Shown: positions 47,501-55,498 of the stretch, one piece after another
Layout: each line of letters opens with the position of its first letter
Numbering within the stretch: the stretch's first letter is position 1
From: Eubacteriales bacterium
Lineage (GTDB): Bacteria; Bacillota; Clostridia; Oscillospirales; QAKW01
Assembly (NCBI GenBank): GCA_045648705.1
Contig: JAZROO010000024.1
Coordinates: forward strand, 1-61,262
Length of the DNA: 61,262 bases
Direction: 5' to 3'
The notes under the pieces: model-generated
Database searches by the model: none
The model's input: only the letters and a program-made list of their open reading frames with translations
Told to the model about the DNA's origin: nothing
Program-made: the position numbers and the translations under genes

Positions 47501-48892
47501 GTTGCGCATGAATATGTTAAGACAATGTTTGGTGATAAGTATGTTTTCAAAGCCGGTACAATTGGTACTTTGGCAGATAAGACGGCTTATGGATTTGTTA
47601 AGAAGTATCTTGAATCCAAAGGGGTCAAGATGAACAAGGCTGAGGAACAGCGGCTTGTGAATGGTTGTATGGGAACAAAGCGTACTACCGGTCAGCATCC
47701 TGCCGGCATGGTTGTTGTACCAAAAGCATACGATGTGTATGATTTTTGCCCGATACAGCATCCTGCTGATGATCAAAGTTCTGATATTCTGACCACCCAC
47801 TTTGACTTCCATTCACTTCACGACACTATTCTTAAGTTTGATATTCTTGGCCACGATGTGCCTACGTTGTTACGTATGATGTTTGATTTGACCGGTGTTC
47901 CGTTTGAAACTATACCGATGAATGATCCTGAGGTTTATTCATTGCTGCAATCGCCGGCAGCTCTCGGTGTTAAGGGCGAAGATATCGATTGTGAGACCGG
48001 TACTTTGGCGCTTCCTGAAATGGGAACCGGCTTTGTTCGCGGTATGTTGATGCAAGCTAAACCAAAGAATTTTTCTGAACTTTTGCAGATTTCAGGACTT
48101 TCTCATGGAACAGACGTTTGGATTGGCAACGCTGCTGACTTGATTGAGCAGGGAACATGTACAATTTCAGATGTTATCGGTACACGCGATAATATTATGG
48201 TTTATCTTATCCATAAGGGTATGGAGCCGTCACTCGCCTTTAAGATTATGGAAATTGTCCGTAAAGGTAAGGCTAAAAAATTATTGACTGAAGACATGAT
48301 TCAGGCAATGTATGATTGTGGCTGTCCGGAATGGTACGTTGAGTCTTGTATGAAAATCAAGTATATGTTTCCTAAGGCTCATGCGGCGGCATACGTTATG
48401 GGTGCAATTCGTCTTGGTTGGTATAAAATTCACTATCCTTTGGAATTTTATGCTGCGCATTTCAGCGTGCGTCCTGACGGATTTGATGCTCTTGAAGTTA
48501 TGAAAGGTCGCGGCTATATCCAAAATCTGATCAAATCAATTGAAAATTTAGGTAAGCAGGCAAAAGCGACCGAAACTGAAAAAGCAACCACATATCAGGT
48601 TGTAATTGAGGCTATGGCGCGCGGAATTGAGTTTTTACCTGTTGACATCGAGCATAGCGATGCTACTAAGTTTACCGTGGAGAATGGTAAAATCCGTATG
48701 CCGTTTTCGGTATTTTCAGGTGTTGGTGAAACCGCTGCACAATCAATTGCAAAGGCAAGAGACAAAGGCGGTTATCTTTCTCAAGAAGATTTCCGTGTTC
48801 AATCCGGCGTTTCTAAAACGATTATTGAACTATTTAATCAGGAAGGGGTATTTGGTGCTTTGCCGCCGACCTCTCAAATGACTTTCTTTTAA
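44555..48892 (+). CDS. polC: DNA polymerase III, PolC-type
   Basis: PHP domain ELHLHTKMS, exonuclease VFDIETTG...HRA.DDA, RGSVGSS, CPEC/CPKC Zn finger, PDIDLNF, YMFPKAHA. Confidence 0.98.
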   Translation: MADRLFFELFNKLNKQDYPEAFLSAKVCDVKIQREKRILIGDLVLDEFVPYEIIENVCGAISRIYQLSQLSLSTHYVGVEFTLDKWNSVVGFICNSNRNCNGIFKDSHIELNENELIVHLVHGGLSIIKMQKLDEEIIKLISSWFGKKYQISFVGVTEVTEEQNELENIPLPEPPPPMQTPAPRKSVEVPTQAPVRRRAEPIDPAMTFSLKDLPFDLSDAAIFKGKKIGNTFVRLSNLNDDSGRVSVVGEIFYFDSRPTWDKTNVRATVYITDQTGSFVIKFMDSAANFEQYADSLGVGKCIAVSGEIIYDKYEEDIVLRANAIASVKKKKLVDPCEKKRVELHLHTKMSSMDATNDIGDFVKRAADWGHKAIAITDHGNVQAFPQAAAAGEKYGVKIVYGMEGYLINDLTSAIAFGDHEQTFEDTFVVFDIETTGLSAAVNRVTEIGAVKIVNGQVCEEFQTFVNPECEIPQNITELTGITGDMVADAPTFEQAFDAFCEFCGKDVVLVAHNASFDVGFMRAGAERIGKQFDYTYLDTVPMCRYVFPDMRSVKLDLVAKRIHLPAFNHHRAVDDAKTLGAILLHIFDFLKQKDKMNTLADIRNQINKVDYKSKNTKYNHVIILVKNKIGLKNLYKLVTKSSIEHFHKRPLIFKSELASLREGLIIGSACEAGEVFRAVLSGATTEQLNELADFYDFLEVQPLGNNQYMLRNGMASSVETLRDFNRKIIALGDHLGKPVCATCDAHFLNKDDEVFRRILQAGQGYPDADEQPPLYFRNTKEMLEEFDYLDAQKAEEIVITNPNMIADLCEEIIPIPTGMYPPIIEGCEDELRDIAYQNAKRIYGDPIPEKVLTRMERELDAIIGNGFAVMYMISQKLVKKSNDDGYFVGSRGSVGSSFAANIVGISEVNPLPPHYLCPECKYMEWFDDGSVGSGFDLPSKQCPKCGTQLSCDGHDIPFETFLGFKGDKVPDIDLNFSGVYQPVAHEYVKTMFGDKYVFKAGTIGTLADKTAYGFVKKYLESKGVKMNKAEEQRLVNGCMGTKRTTGQHPAGMVVVPKAYDVYDFCPIQHPADDQSSDILTTHFDFHSLHDTILKFDILGHDVPTLLRMMFDLTGVPFETIPMNDPEVYSLLQSPAALGVKGEDIDCETGTLALPEMGTGFVRGMLMQAKPKNFSELLQISGLSHGTDVWIGNAADLIEQGTCTISDVIGTRDNIMVYLIHKGMEPSLAFKIMEIVRKGKAKKLLTEDMIQAMYDCGCPEWYVESCMKIKYMFPKAHAAAYVMGAIRLGWYKIHYPLEFYAAHFSVRPDGFDALEVMKGRGYIQNLIKSIENLGKQAKATETEKATTYQVVIEAMARGIEFLPVDIEHSDATKFTVENGKIRMPFSVFSGVGETAAQSIAKARDKGGYLSQEDFRVQSGVSKTIIELFNQEGVFGALPPTSQMTFF

Positions 48893-48904
48893 GGAGATAA
48901 GTTA

Positions 48905-49792
48905 GTGGTACTTTCTTTTTTGGAAAAAAATCAAATACAATTTCAACGTGCAGTAAAACTTTCGGATTTGACCACGTTTAAAATCGGAGGGATTGCGGAT
49001 CTGGTTATTTATCCGGATACGGTTGAAAAGACTGCCGCTTTAATTAAGTTTTTCTTTAGCAACAACATTCGGTATTTTACTATGGGCAACGGTTCCAATC
49101 TTTTGTTTTCGGATTGCCCGTATTCAACGCCTATTATTAAAACCGACTTGTTGGTAAAAAAAGAACGCAGTGGCGATATTTTTACTTTTGGTAGTGGTCT
49201 TAAAATGGTAACTGCTGCAAATTTTGCCGCGGCTGAAGGCTATACCGGTTTAGAATTTGCTCACGGAATTCCGGGCTCAATCGGCGGTGCTGTTTACATG
49301 AATGCCGGTGCATATGACGGTGCAATGCAACAAGTGGTAATTTCAACAACTTATGTTAATGAGCGCGGTGAGATTTGCAAAGTTGAAGATGAACAACATG
49401 ATTTTTCATATCGTCATAGTTGCTTTTCATCGCAAAATATTGTGATTGTTGAATCGTCATTGCGGCTAAAAATCGGAAACATTGATGAAATTAAGGCCAA
49501 AATGGCTGATTTGATGCAACGTCGCAGAGATAAACAACCGCTCAATTTACCAAGCGCAGGATCAACCTTTAAAAGACCGGAAGGTGCTTTTGCAGGAAAA
49601 CTGATTGATGATTGCGGCCTGCGCGGTTATGAAATTGGCGGAGCTGCCGTTAGTGAAAAGCATTGCGGTTTTATTGTTAACAAAAATAATGCTACATTTG
49701 AAGATGTTGTCGCATTAATTTCATTCGTTCAAAAAACAGTTAAGGAAAAAACAGGGTATTTTTTGGAAACTGAGGTAGAAATCGTTTCATAA
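48905..49792 (+). CDS. murB: UDP-N-acetylenolpyruvoylglucosamine reductase
   Basis: TTFKIGG, GNGSNLL, GIPGSIGGAVYMNAGAY, QPLNLPSAGSTFKRP, ETEV; GTG start after AAGGAG. Confidence 0.96.
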   Translation: MVLSFLEKNQIQFQRAVKLSDLTTFKIGGIADLVIYPDTVEKTAALIKFFFSNNIRYFTMGNGSNLLFSDCPYSTPIIKTDLLVKKERSGDIFTFGSGLKMVTAANFAAAEGYTGLEFAHGIPGSIGGAVYMNAGAYDGAMQQVVISTTYVNERGEICKVEDEQHDFSYRHSCFSSQNIVIVESSLRLKIGNIDEIKAKMADLMQRRRDKQPLNLPSAGSTFKRPEGAFAGKLIDDCGLRGYEIGGAAVSEKHCGFIVNKNNATFEDVVALISFVQKTVKEKTGYFLETEVEIVS

Positions 49793-49829
49793 ACGTTTTG
49801 CATTCCAAAAACCTAAGAAGGATTTACAA

Positions 49830-50723
49830 ATGTCGTTTTGTTTTGATGTAAAACAGGAAATATGTACTCTTGAAGAGAAAAACAAATATGCAATGTTCTA
49901 CGGAATGTTATTGTTTGGAGATAAAATTGGTAATACCAAGTTCCAAATCATTTCGGAAAATGTATTTGTCATTAATGTGTTAGAGCAACTTGCAAGTGAA
50001 CTTTTTCATGTCCACTTTGTTTTATCTGAGAGCAACAGTGCGTTTATAGCCACTTTAGAGGATAAAGCTTTTATTGAGGTTTGCAATGCTTATCATATTG
50101 ATCCCGATGCTGTTCAACTGCACTTTAATGAGGATCTATTAGATGGGCCGAGCGCATTTTCTGCTTTTTTTAGAGGTGCTTTTTTAACGGCTGGATCCAT
50201 TAACAATCCGTATTCTGCATACCATTTGGAATTTGTGACTCATTATTATCAGCTTAGTAAAGAAATTGCAAATTATTTAGAGAAAAATTCTTATGTTTTT
50301 AAATCTGTGATTCGAAAATCACATTATGTTCTTTATCTAAAAGACAGTGTGGTTATGGAACAGTTTTTATATGTTCTGGGAGCGCAAAAGGCAGCTTTTG
50401 ATTTGGTAAATGCAAAAATTTATAAGCAAATTCAAAACGATAATAATCGAATTAATAATTGTCAGGGATACAATAGAGATAAGACAATGGACAAATCAAT
50501 TGCGCAGATCCTTGCGATTCATAAATTGGAGAGTGATCGTGGCGGTCTGGACGGATTGCCTTCTGATTTAAAAGAAATATGCATTCTGCGGTTGCAAAAC
50601 CAATATGCCTCTCTCAGTGAATTATCTGCGCTTTCCGGTGGGAAGTATAGTAAAGCAGGGCTGAGCCGCAGACTAAATAAGATTATAGAATTATCAAAAA
50701 GTATGGAAGGAAAACCTGAATGA
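49830..50723 (+). CDS. whiA: DNA-binding cell division protein WhiA
   Basis: FFRGAFLTAGSINNP..AYHLEF, YLKDS, NRINNC, C-terminal SLSEL...SKAGLSRRL HTH. Confidence 0.9.
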   Translation: MSFCFDVKQEICTLEEKNKYAMFYGMLLFGDKIGNTKFQIISENVFVINVLEQLASELFHVHFVLSESNSAFIATLEDKAFIEVCNAYHIDPDAVQLHFNEDLLDGPSAFSAFFRGAFLTAGSINNPYSAYHLEFVTHYYQLSKEIANYLEKNSYVFKSVIRKSHYVLYLKDSVVMEQFLYVLGAQKAAFDLVNAKIYKQIQNDNNRINNCQGYNRDKTMDKSIAQILAIHKLESDRGGLDGLPSDLKEICILRLQNQYASLSELSALSGGKYSKAGLSRRLNKIIELSKSMEGKPE

Positions 50724-53700
50724 GAGATTTTGTACATTTACATGTACATACCGAATATAGCCTTTTGGATGGCGCTGCAAAAATAAGTAGTGTTATTCAA
50801 AGGGCTAAAACTCTTGGTCAAAAATCTCTTGCTATAACCGATCACGGTGTTATGTACGGTGTGATTGATTTTTACAAAGAAGCAATTGCAAACGGAATAA
50901 AGCCAATTATTGGCTGTGAGGTTTATACTGCAGCGCGTAGCCGATTTGATAAAATGTATGAGTTTGACGGTCAAATCGGTCATTTGATTTTGCTTGCTAA
51001 AAATAATGTCGGATATAAAAATCTTATTCATATTGTTTCAAAAGCATCAACGGAGGGAATGTATTATAAACCTCGCGTTGATATGAATTTGCTCAAAGAA
51101 CACAAAGAGGGGTTGATTGCTCTTTCGGGGTGTTTGGCAGGTGATGTACAGCGCTTGTTATTAAGAGATAACTACAATGGTGCGAAAGAAAAGGCCTTAG
51201 AATATAAAGCAATATTCGGTGATGATTTCTATCTTGAACTGCAAGATCATGGGTTAAAAGAGGATGCGTCGGTAATTCAAAGCCTGTCGAAACTCTCAAT
51301 GGAAACCAACATTGAGCTTGTTGCCACTAATGATGTCCATTACACTGAAAAATCAGATGCAAAAATGCAAGAGGTTTTGATGTGTATCCAAACCAATAAA
51401 GTGGTTGGCGAGCCAAACGCAATGACTTTTGAGACAGAAGAGTTTTATCTAAAATCCGGCGATGAGATGGAAGAACTGTTTTCAAGATATCCTCAAGCAC
51501 TGGATAATACAGTTAAAATCGCCGAGCAGTGTAACGTAACCTTTGATTTTGATCACTATCATTTACCGGCTTTTAAAATGCCGAAAGACATAGATCCGTT
51601 TTCTTATTTAAAGGAATTATCTTTTAACGGATTAAAAGAGCGTTATCCTGAGAATTGGCAAAATTTTAAAGATCGACTGGATTATGAGTTGGATACAATT
51701 CAGAAAATGGGATATGTTGATTATTTTCTGATTGTTCATGATTTTATTCATTATGCCAAAACACATGATATCCCGGTAGGTCCGGGCAGAGGTTCGGCTG
51801 CGGGCTCCATTGTTTCATATTGTTTGAAAATCACCGAAGTTGATCCGATGCATTTTGATTTGCTCTTTGAGCGATTTTTAAATCCTGAGCGTGTCAGCAT
51901 GCCTGATATTGATATAGATTTTTGCGTTCAAAAGCGTGCCAATGTAATAGATTATGTGGTTTCAAAGTATGGCTCTGATAACGTGGCGCAGATTATTACC
52001 TTTGGTACAATGGCAGCCAGAGCAGCGGTGCGTGACGTTGGTAGAGCAATGGGCGTTTCCTATGCAGTTACTGATCAGGTTGCCAAATTAGTGCCTGTTC
52101 GCTTGGGTATTACGCTGGATAAAGCTTTGGTTGAATCAAAGCAATTACGTCAATTATATGACACGGATATGTCAGTGCGTGAATTGGTTGATATGGCTAT
52201 GCGCTTGGAGGGCTTTCCGCGACACGCTTCCACGCATGCGGCAGGCGTTGTGATAACGCAAAAGCCTGTTTATGAATATGTACCCGTTCAACTCAGTGAT
52301 AATAATGTCGTGACGCAGTTTCCAATGACAACCCTGGAGCAACTCGGACTTCTTAAAATGGACTTTTTGGGGCTGCGAAATCTGACGGTGATTCGTGAAA
52401 CCGAGCGCCTTGTGCAACAACATCAACCGAACTTCAGAATTGACAACATATCTTTGAATGATTCAAAGGTTTACGCTTTACTTTCAAGAGGACAAACACA
52501 AGGCGTTTTTCAGCTTGAATCCGAAGGTGTTCGTCAAGTTTTAAGACGCTTACAACCGCGTAGTATTGAAGATATTATTGCAGTGATATCTTTGTACAGA
52601 CCCGGTCCGATGGATTCTATCCCACAGTATATTGAAAACAAAAATCATCCCGAAAAGATTAAATACGTAGACGAAAGATTGCAGCGGATTTTAGGCGTAA
52701 CCTATGGCTGTATTGTTTATCAAGAGCAGGTTATGAGAATTGTTAGGGATCTTGCGGGATATTCTTACGGACGTGCCGATTTGGTTCGTCGTGCCATGAG
52801 TAAAAAGAAGATGGATGTTATGAATAAAGAGAGACAAATCTTTATTTACGGCCTCCAAAATGAAAATGGTGAATATGTGATCGACGGATGCCTCAGACGT
52901 GGAATCAGCGAGTCAGTTGCTCAGAAGTTATTTGATGAAATGACTGATTTTGCTAAATATGCGTTTAATAAATCACATGCGGCTTGCTATGCATACGTTG
53001 CATATCAAACAGCGTATCTAAAGTGTCATTTTCCTGCTGAATTTATGGCTGCAATGATGACCAGTGTGCTCGGAAACATTGAAAAGGTGGCATCCTATAT
53101 TGAGGAGTGTAAAAAACTGGGTATTACGGTTTTGCCTCCGATTATTAATAAAGGATGCTCGGGCTTTACTGTATCAGATGGTGATATTGTTTTTGGTCTA
53201 TCTTCTATCAAAAACGTTGGAAGAAAGTTTGTTGAGGCAATTGAGGCCGAACGTACACTCGGTGGAAATTTTAGTTCTTTTATTGATTTTGTTCGCCGTA
53301 TGAATGGTAAGGAACTTAATAAAAAGGGTCTTGAAAGCTTGATTAAGGCGGGCGCCTTTGATGAACTTGGTTTTTCGCGTCGTCATTTGATTTCGGTATA
53401 CGAATCGGTTTTGGAGGGTGTTAACACCGCCATTCAAAGAGAAGCTTTTGGTCAGATGGATTTGTTTTCAGATGTTTTTTATGATAAGAGTGCATCGCTT
53501 GACCGCTTTTTTGAGACAAAAATGCCGGAATATGATTCTGAGCAAAAATTGTTGATGGAAAAAGAAGTTACCGGACTTTATATGAGTGGTCATCCGTTAT
53601 CAGGTTATGATGAATTTTATGAAAACAAGGGCTATACAAGAATCAAGGATTTATATTCTGACAATATTAAGAATGAACAGAAAATTAAACTGTTCGGCGT

Positions 53701-54166
53701 GTTAGATGAATGTAAATCAAAAACAACCAAAAACAAAAAGAATATGGCGTTTGCAACGCTGGAAGATGTGTCCGGAAGGGTTGAGTTGATCATTTTTCCG
53801 ACTGCTTTTAGTCGCGCAGATGCAAAAATACAAAACGGCAACATGGTTTTTGTCGAAGGCAAGGTTTCGATTGAAGAAAATGATGAGATTAAAATTATAT
53901 GTGATTATCTTGTCGATGCTGATATCAAGCGCTTGGTAGATAAAACTCATAAATTGTATTTAAAGATCCCATCAAAAGAGTTTGAGGGGATGGATGAAAT
54001 TAATTATTTGATATCATCACATCGTGGCAATATCTCTTGTGTTATGTATTTTTCTGATAGCGGAAAGAGCGTTGTTACAAAAAAAGACTTTGGTGTTGAT
54101 GGCTCAAATGAATTGTTAGTCAAATTGCGGAAAATTTTAGGAAATAATCAAGTTATTATGAAGTAA
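50720..54166 (+). CDS. dnaE: DNA polymerase III alpha subunit (DnaE)
   Basis: HLHVHTEYSLLDGA, GRGSAAGS, PDIDIDF, KMDFLGL, FNKSHA, OB fold; no intein-sized insertion. Confidence 0.98.
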   Translation: MRDFVHLHVHTEYSLLDGAAKISSVIQRAKTLGQKSLAITDHGVMYGVIDFYKEAIANGIKPIIGCEVYTAARSRFDKMYEFDGQIGHLILLAKNNVGYKNLIHIVSKASTEGMYYKPRVDMNLLKEHKEGLIALSGCLAGDVQRLLLRDNYNGAKEKALEYKAIFGDDFYLELQDHGLKEDASVIQSLSKLSMETNIELVATNDVHYTEKSDAKMQEVLMCIQTNKVVGEPNAMTFETEEFYLKSGDEMEELFSRYPQALDNTVKIAEQCNVTFDFDHYHLPAFKMPKDIDPFSYLKELSFNGLKERYPENWQNFKDRLDYELDTIQKMGYVDYFLIVHDFIHYAKTHDIPVGPGRGSAAGSIVSYCLKITEVDPMHFDLLFERFLNPERVSMPDIDIDFCVQKRANVIDYVVSKYGSDNVAQIITFGTMAARAAVRDVGRAMGVSYAVTDQVAKLVPVRLGITLDKALVESKQLRQLYDTDMSVRELVDMAMRLEGFPRHASTHAAGVVITQKPVYEYVPVQLSDNNVVTQFPMTTLEQLGLLKMDFLGLRNLTVIRETERLVQQHQPNFRIDNISLNDSKVYALLSRGQTQGVFQLESEGVRQVLRRLQPRSIEDIIAVISLYRPGPMDSIPQYIENKNHPEKIKYVDERLQRILGVTYGCIVYQEQVMRIVRDLAGYSYGRADLVRRAMSKKKMDVMNKERQIFIYGLQNENGEYVIDGCLRRGISESVAQKLFDEMTDFAKYAFNKSHAACYAYVAYQTAYLKCHFPAEFMAAMMTSVLGNIEKVASYIEECKKLGITVLPPIINKGCSGFTVSDGDIVFGLSSIKNVGRKFVEAIEAERTLGGNFSSFIDFVRRMNGKELNKKGLESLIKAGAFDELGFSRRHLISVYESVLEGVNTAIQREAFGQMDLFSDVFYDKSASLDRFFETKMPEYDSEQKLLMEKEVTGLYMSGHPLSGYDEFYENKGYTRIKDLYSDNIKNEQKIKLFGVLDECKSKTTKNKKNMAFATLEDVSGRVELIIFPTAFSRADAKIQNGNMVFVEGKVSIEENDEIKIICDYLVDADIKRLVDKTHKLYLKIPSKEFEGMDEINYLISSHRGNISCVMYFSDSGKSVVTKKDFGVDGSNELLVKLRKILGNNQVIMK

Positions 54167-54170
54167 ATTG

Positions 54171-54199
54171 TTGATTTTTAAAATTTCCCGTGCTATACT
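54171..54199 (+). promoter_or_regulatory. Sigma-A promoter of pfkA
   Basis: TTGATT-17-TATACT with an extended TG. Confidence 0.65.
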
Positions 54200-54230
54200 G
54201 ATTAAGATTAATTGCTTGGGGGGAAAGAAT

Positions 54231-55202
54231 ATGACAAGCAAAGTAAAAAAGATTGGTGTATTGACCAGTGGTGGTGATGCACCGGGTATGAATGCTGCTA
54301 TCCGTGCGGTTACAAGATCTGCTCTTGCTAAGGGTATTGAAGTTGTTGGTATTCGTCGTGGATATGCTGGTTTGTTGTCAGACGATATTGCGGAGATGAA
54401 CTTACGTTCTGTTTCTAATATTATTCAAAATGGTGGTACTGCACTGTATTCGGCAAGACTTCCTGAATTTGCACAAGATGCGGTTCAAAATGTCGGCGTT
54501 GAAAAATGCAAAGAATACGGCATTGACGGATTGGTTGTTATTGGCGGTGATGGTTCTTTTCGCGGTGCTGCGGCTTTGTCCAGAAAAGGTATTCCGTGTA
54601 TTGGCATTCCCGGTACTATTGATAATGACATTTCGTCCACTGAATATACAATTGGTTTTGATACTGCTCTTAACTGTGTTATGGAAATGGTGGATCGCAT
54701 TCGCGATACATCTCAATCACATGAGCGTTGTACTGTTGTTGAGGTAATGGGCAGAAGAGCAGGGCACCTGGCACTTCAGTCTGCTATAGCCGTTGGCGCA
54801 ACTGCGGTATTGGTTCCTGAGGTTCCTATGCCGTATGAGGAACTTATCAACAAGATCAATGCCAGCCGTGCGACCGGTAAATCTCATTTTATCGTTATAA
54901 TTGCTGAAGGTGTTGGTGGTACACAGGAACTGACAAGAAAGATCGAAGAAGATACAGGTATTGTTTCCAGATACTCTGTTTTAGGTCACGTACAAAGAGG
55001 TGGTTCACCCACAGTGCGCGATAGAGTAATAGCAAGTGAAATGGGCAGCTATGCTGTTGATTTGCTTACAAAGGGAATTGGAAATCGCGTTGTTGCATTG
55101 CAGCAAGGAAAAATCACAGATTTTGATATCCAAGAATCTCTTGAAATGAAGAAACCGTTTCCTGTTGATCTTTACAGAATCAGTAACGATATTTCAATCT
55201 AA
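54231..55202 (+). CDS. pfkA: ATP-dependent 6-phosphofructokinase
   Basis: TSGGDAPGMN, IGGDGS, PGTIDND, VEVMGR, LGHVQRGG; ATG 54231 after GGGGGG. Confidence 0.97.
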   Translation: MTSKVKKIGVLTSGGDAPGMNAAIRAVTRSALAKGIEVVGIRRGYAGLLSDDIAEMNLRSVSNIIQNGGTALYSARLPEFAQDAVQNVGVEKCKEYGIDGLVVIGGDGSFRGAAALSRKGIPCIGIPGTIDNDISSTEYTIGFDTALNCVMEMVDRIRDTSQSHERCTVVEVMGRRAGHLALQSAIAVGATAVLVPEVPMPYEELINKINASRATGKSHFIVIIAEGVGGTQELTRKIEEDTGIVSRYSVLGHVQRGGSPTVRDRVIASEMGSYAVDLLTKGIGNRVVALQQGKITDFDIQESLEMKKPFPVDLYRISNDISI

Positions 55203-55206
55203 CTCT

Positions 55207-55236
55207 TTCTGCAACTCTATTAATAGAGTTGCAGAA
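55207..55236. repeat. Perfect 30-nt palindrome between pfkA and tRNA-Val
   Basis: TTCTGCAACTCTATTAATAGAGTTGCAGAA equals its own reverse complement; no U-tract. Confidence 0.9.
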
Positions 55237-55241
55237 TCTAC

Positions 55242-55318
55242 GGAGGCATAGCTCAGCTGGTTAGAGCGTTCGCTTCACATGCGAAAGGTCGCGGGTTCGA
55301 GTCCCTCTGTCTCCACCA
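55242..55318 (+). tRNA. tRNA-Val(CAC)
   Basis: Cloverleaf: acceptor GGAGGCA/TGTCTCC, anticodon arm TTCGC-TTCACAT-GCGAA, TTCGAGT T-loop, encoded CCA. Confidence 0.95.
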
Positions 55319-55321
55319 AAG

Positions 55322-55363
55322 AATAACCGTAACTTTGCTGTAAGTTGCGGTTATTTCCTTTTT
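55322..55363 (+). terminator. Terminator after tRNA-Val
   Basis: AATAACCGTAACTT-6-AAGTTGCGGTTATT followed by T-rich sequence. Confidence 0.75.
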
Positions 55364-55441
55364 GTGATACAATTTTAAAAGTAAATTAAATGACCCATTT
55401 CAAAAACAAACTTAAGTAATGGGTTATAAACTTGGATTTGC

Positions 55442-55470
55442 TTGAAATTAATAACGTTCCGTGTTATACT
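55442..55470 (+). promoter_or_regulatory. Sigma-A promoter of the ligase/GT/DUF4330 operon
   Basis: TTGAAA-17-TATACT with an extended TG. Confidence 0.7.
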
Positions 55471-55498
55471 TAAATGAGAAAAATTAAAGGAGCAGAAA

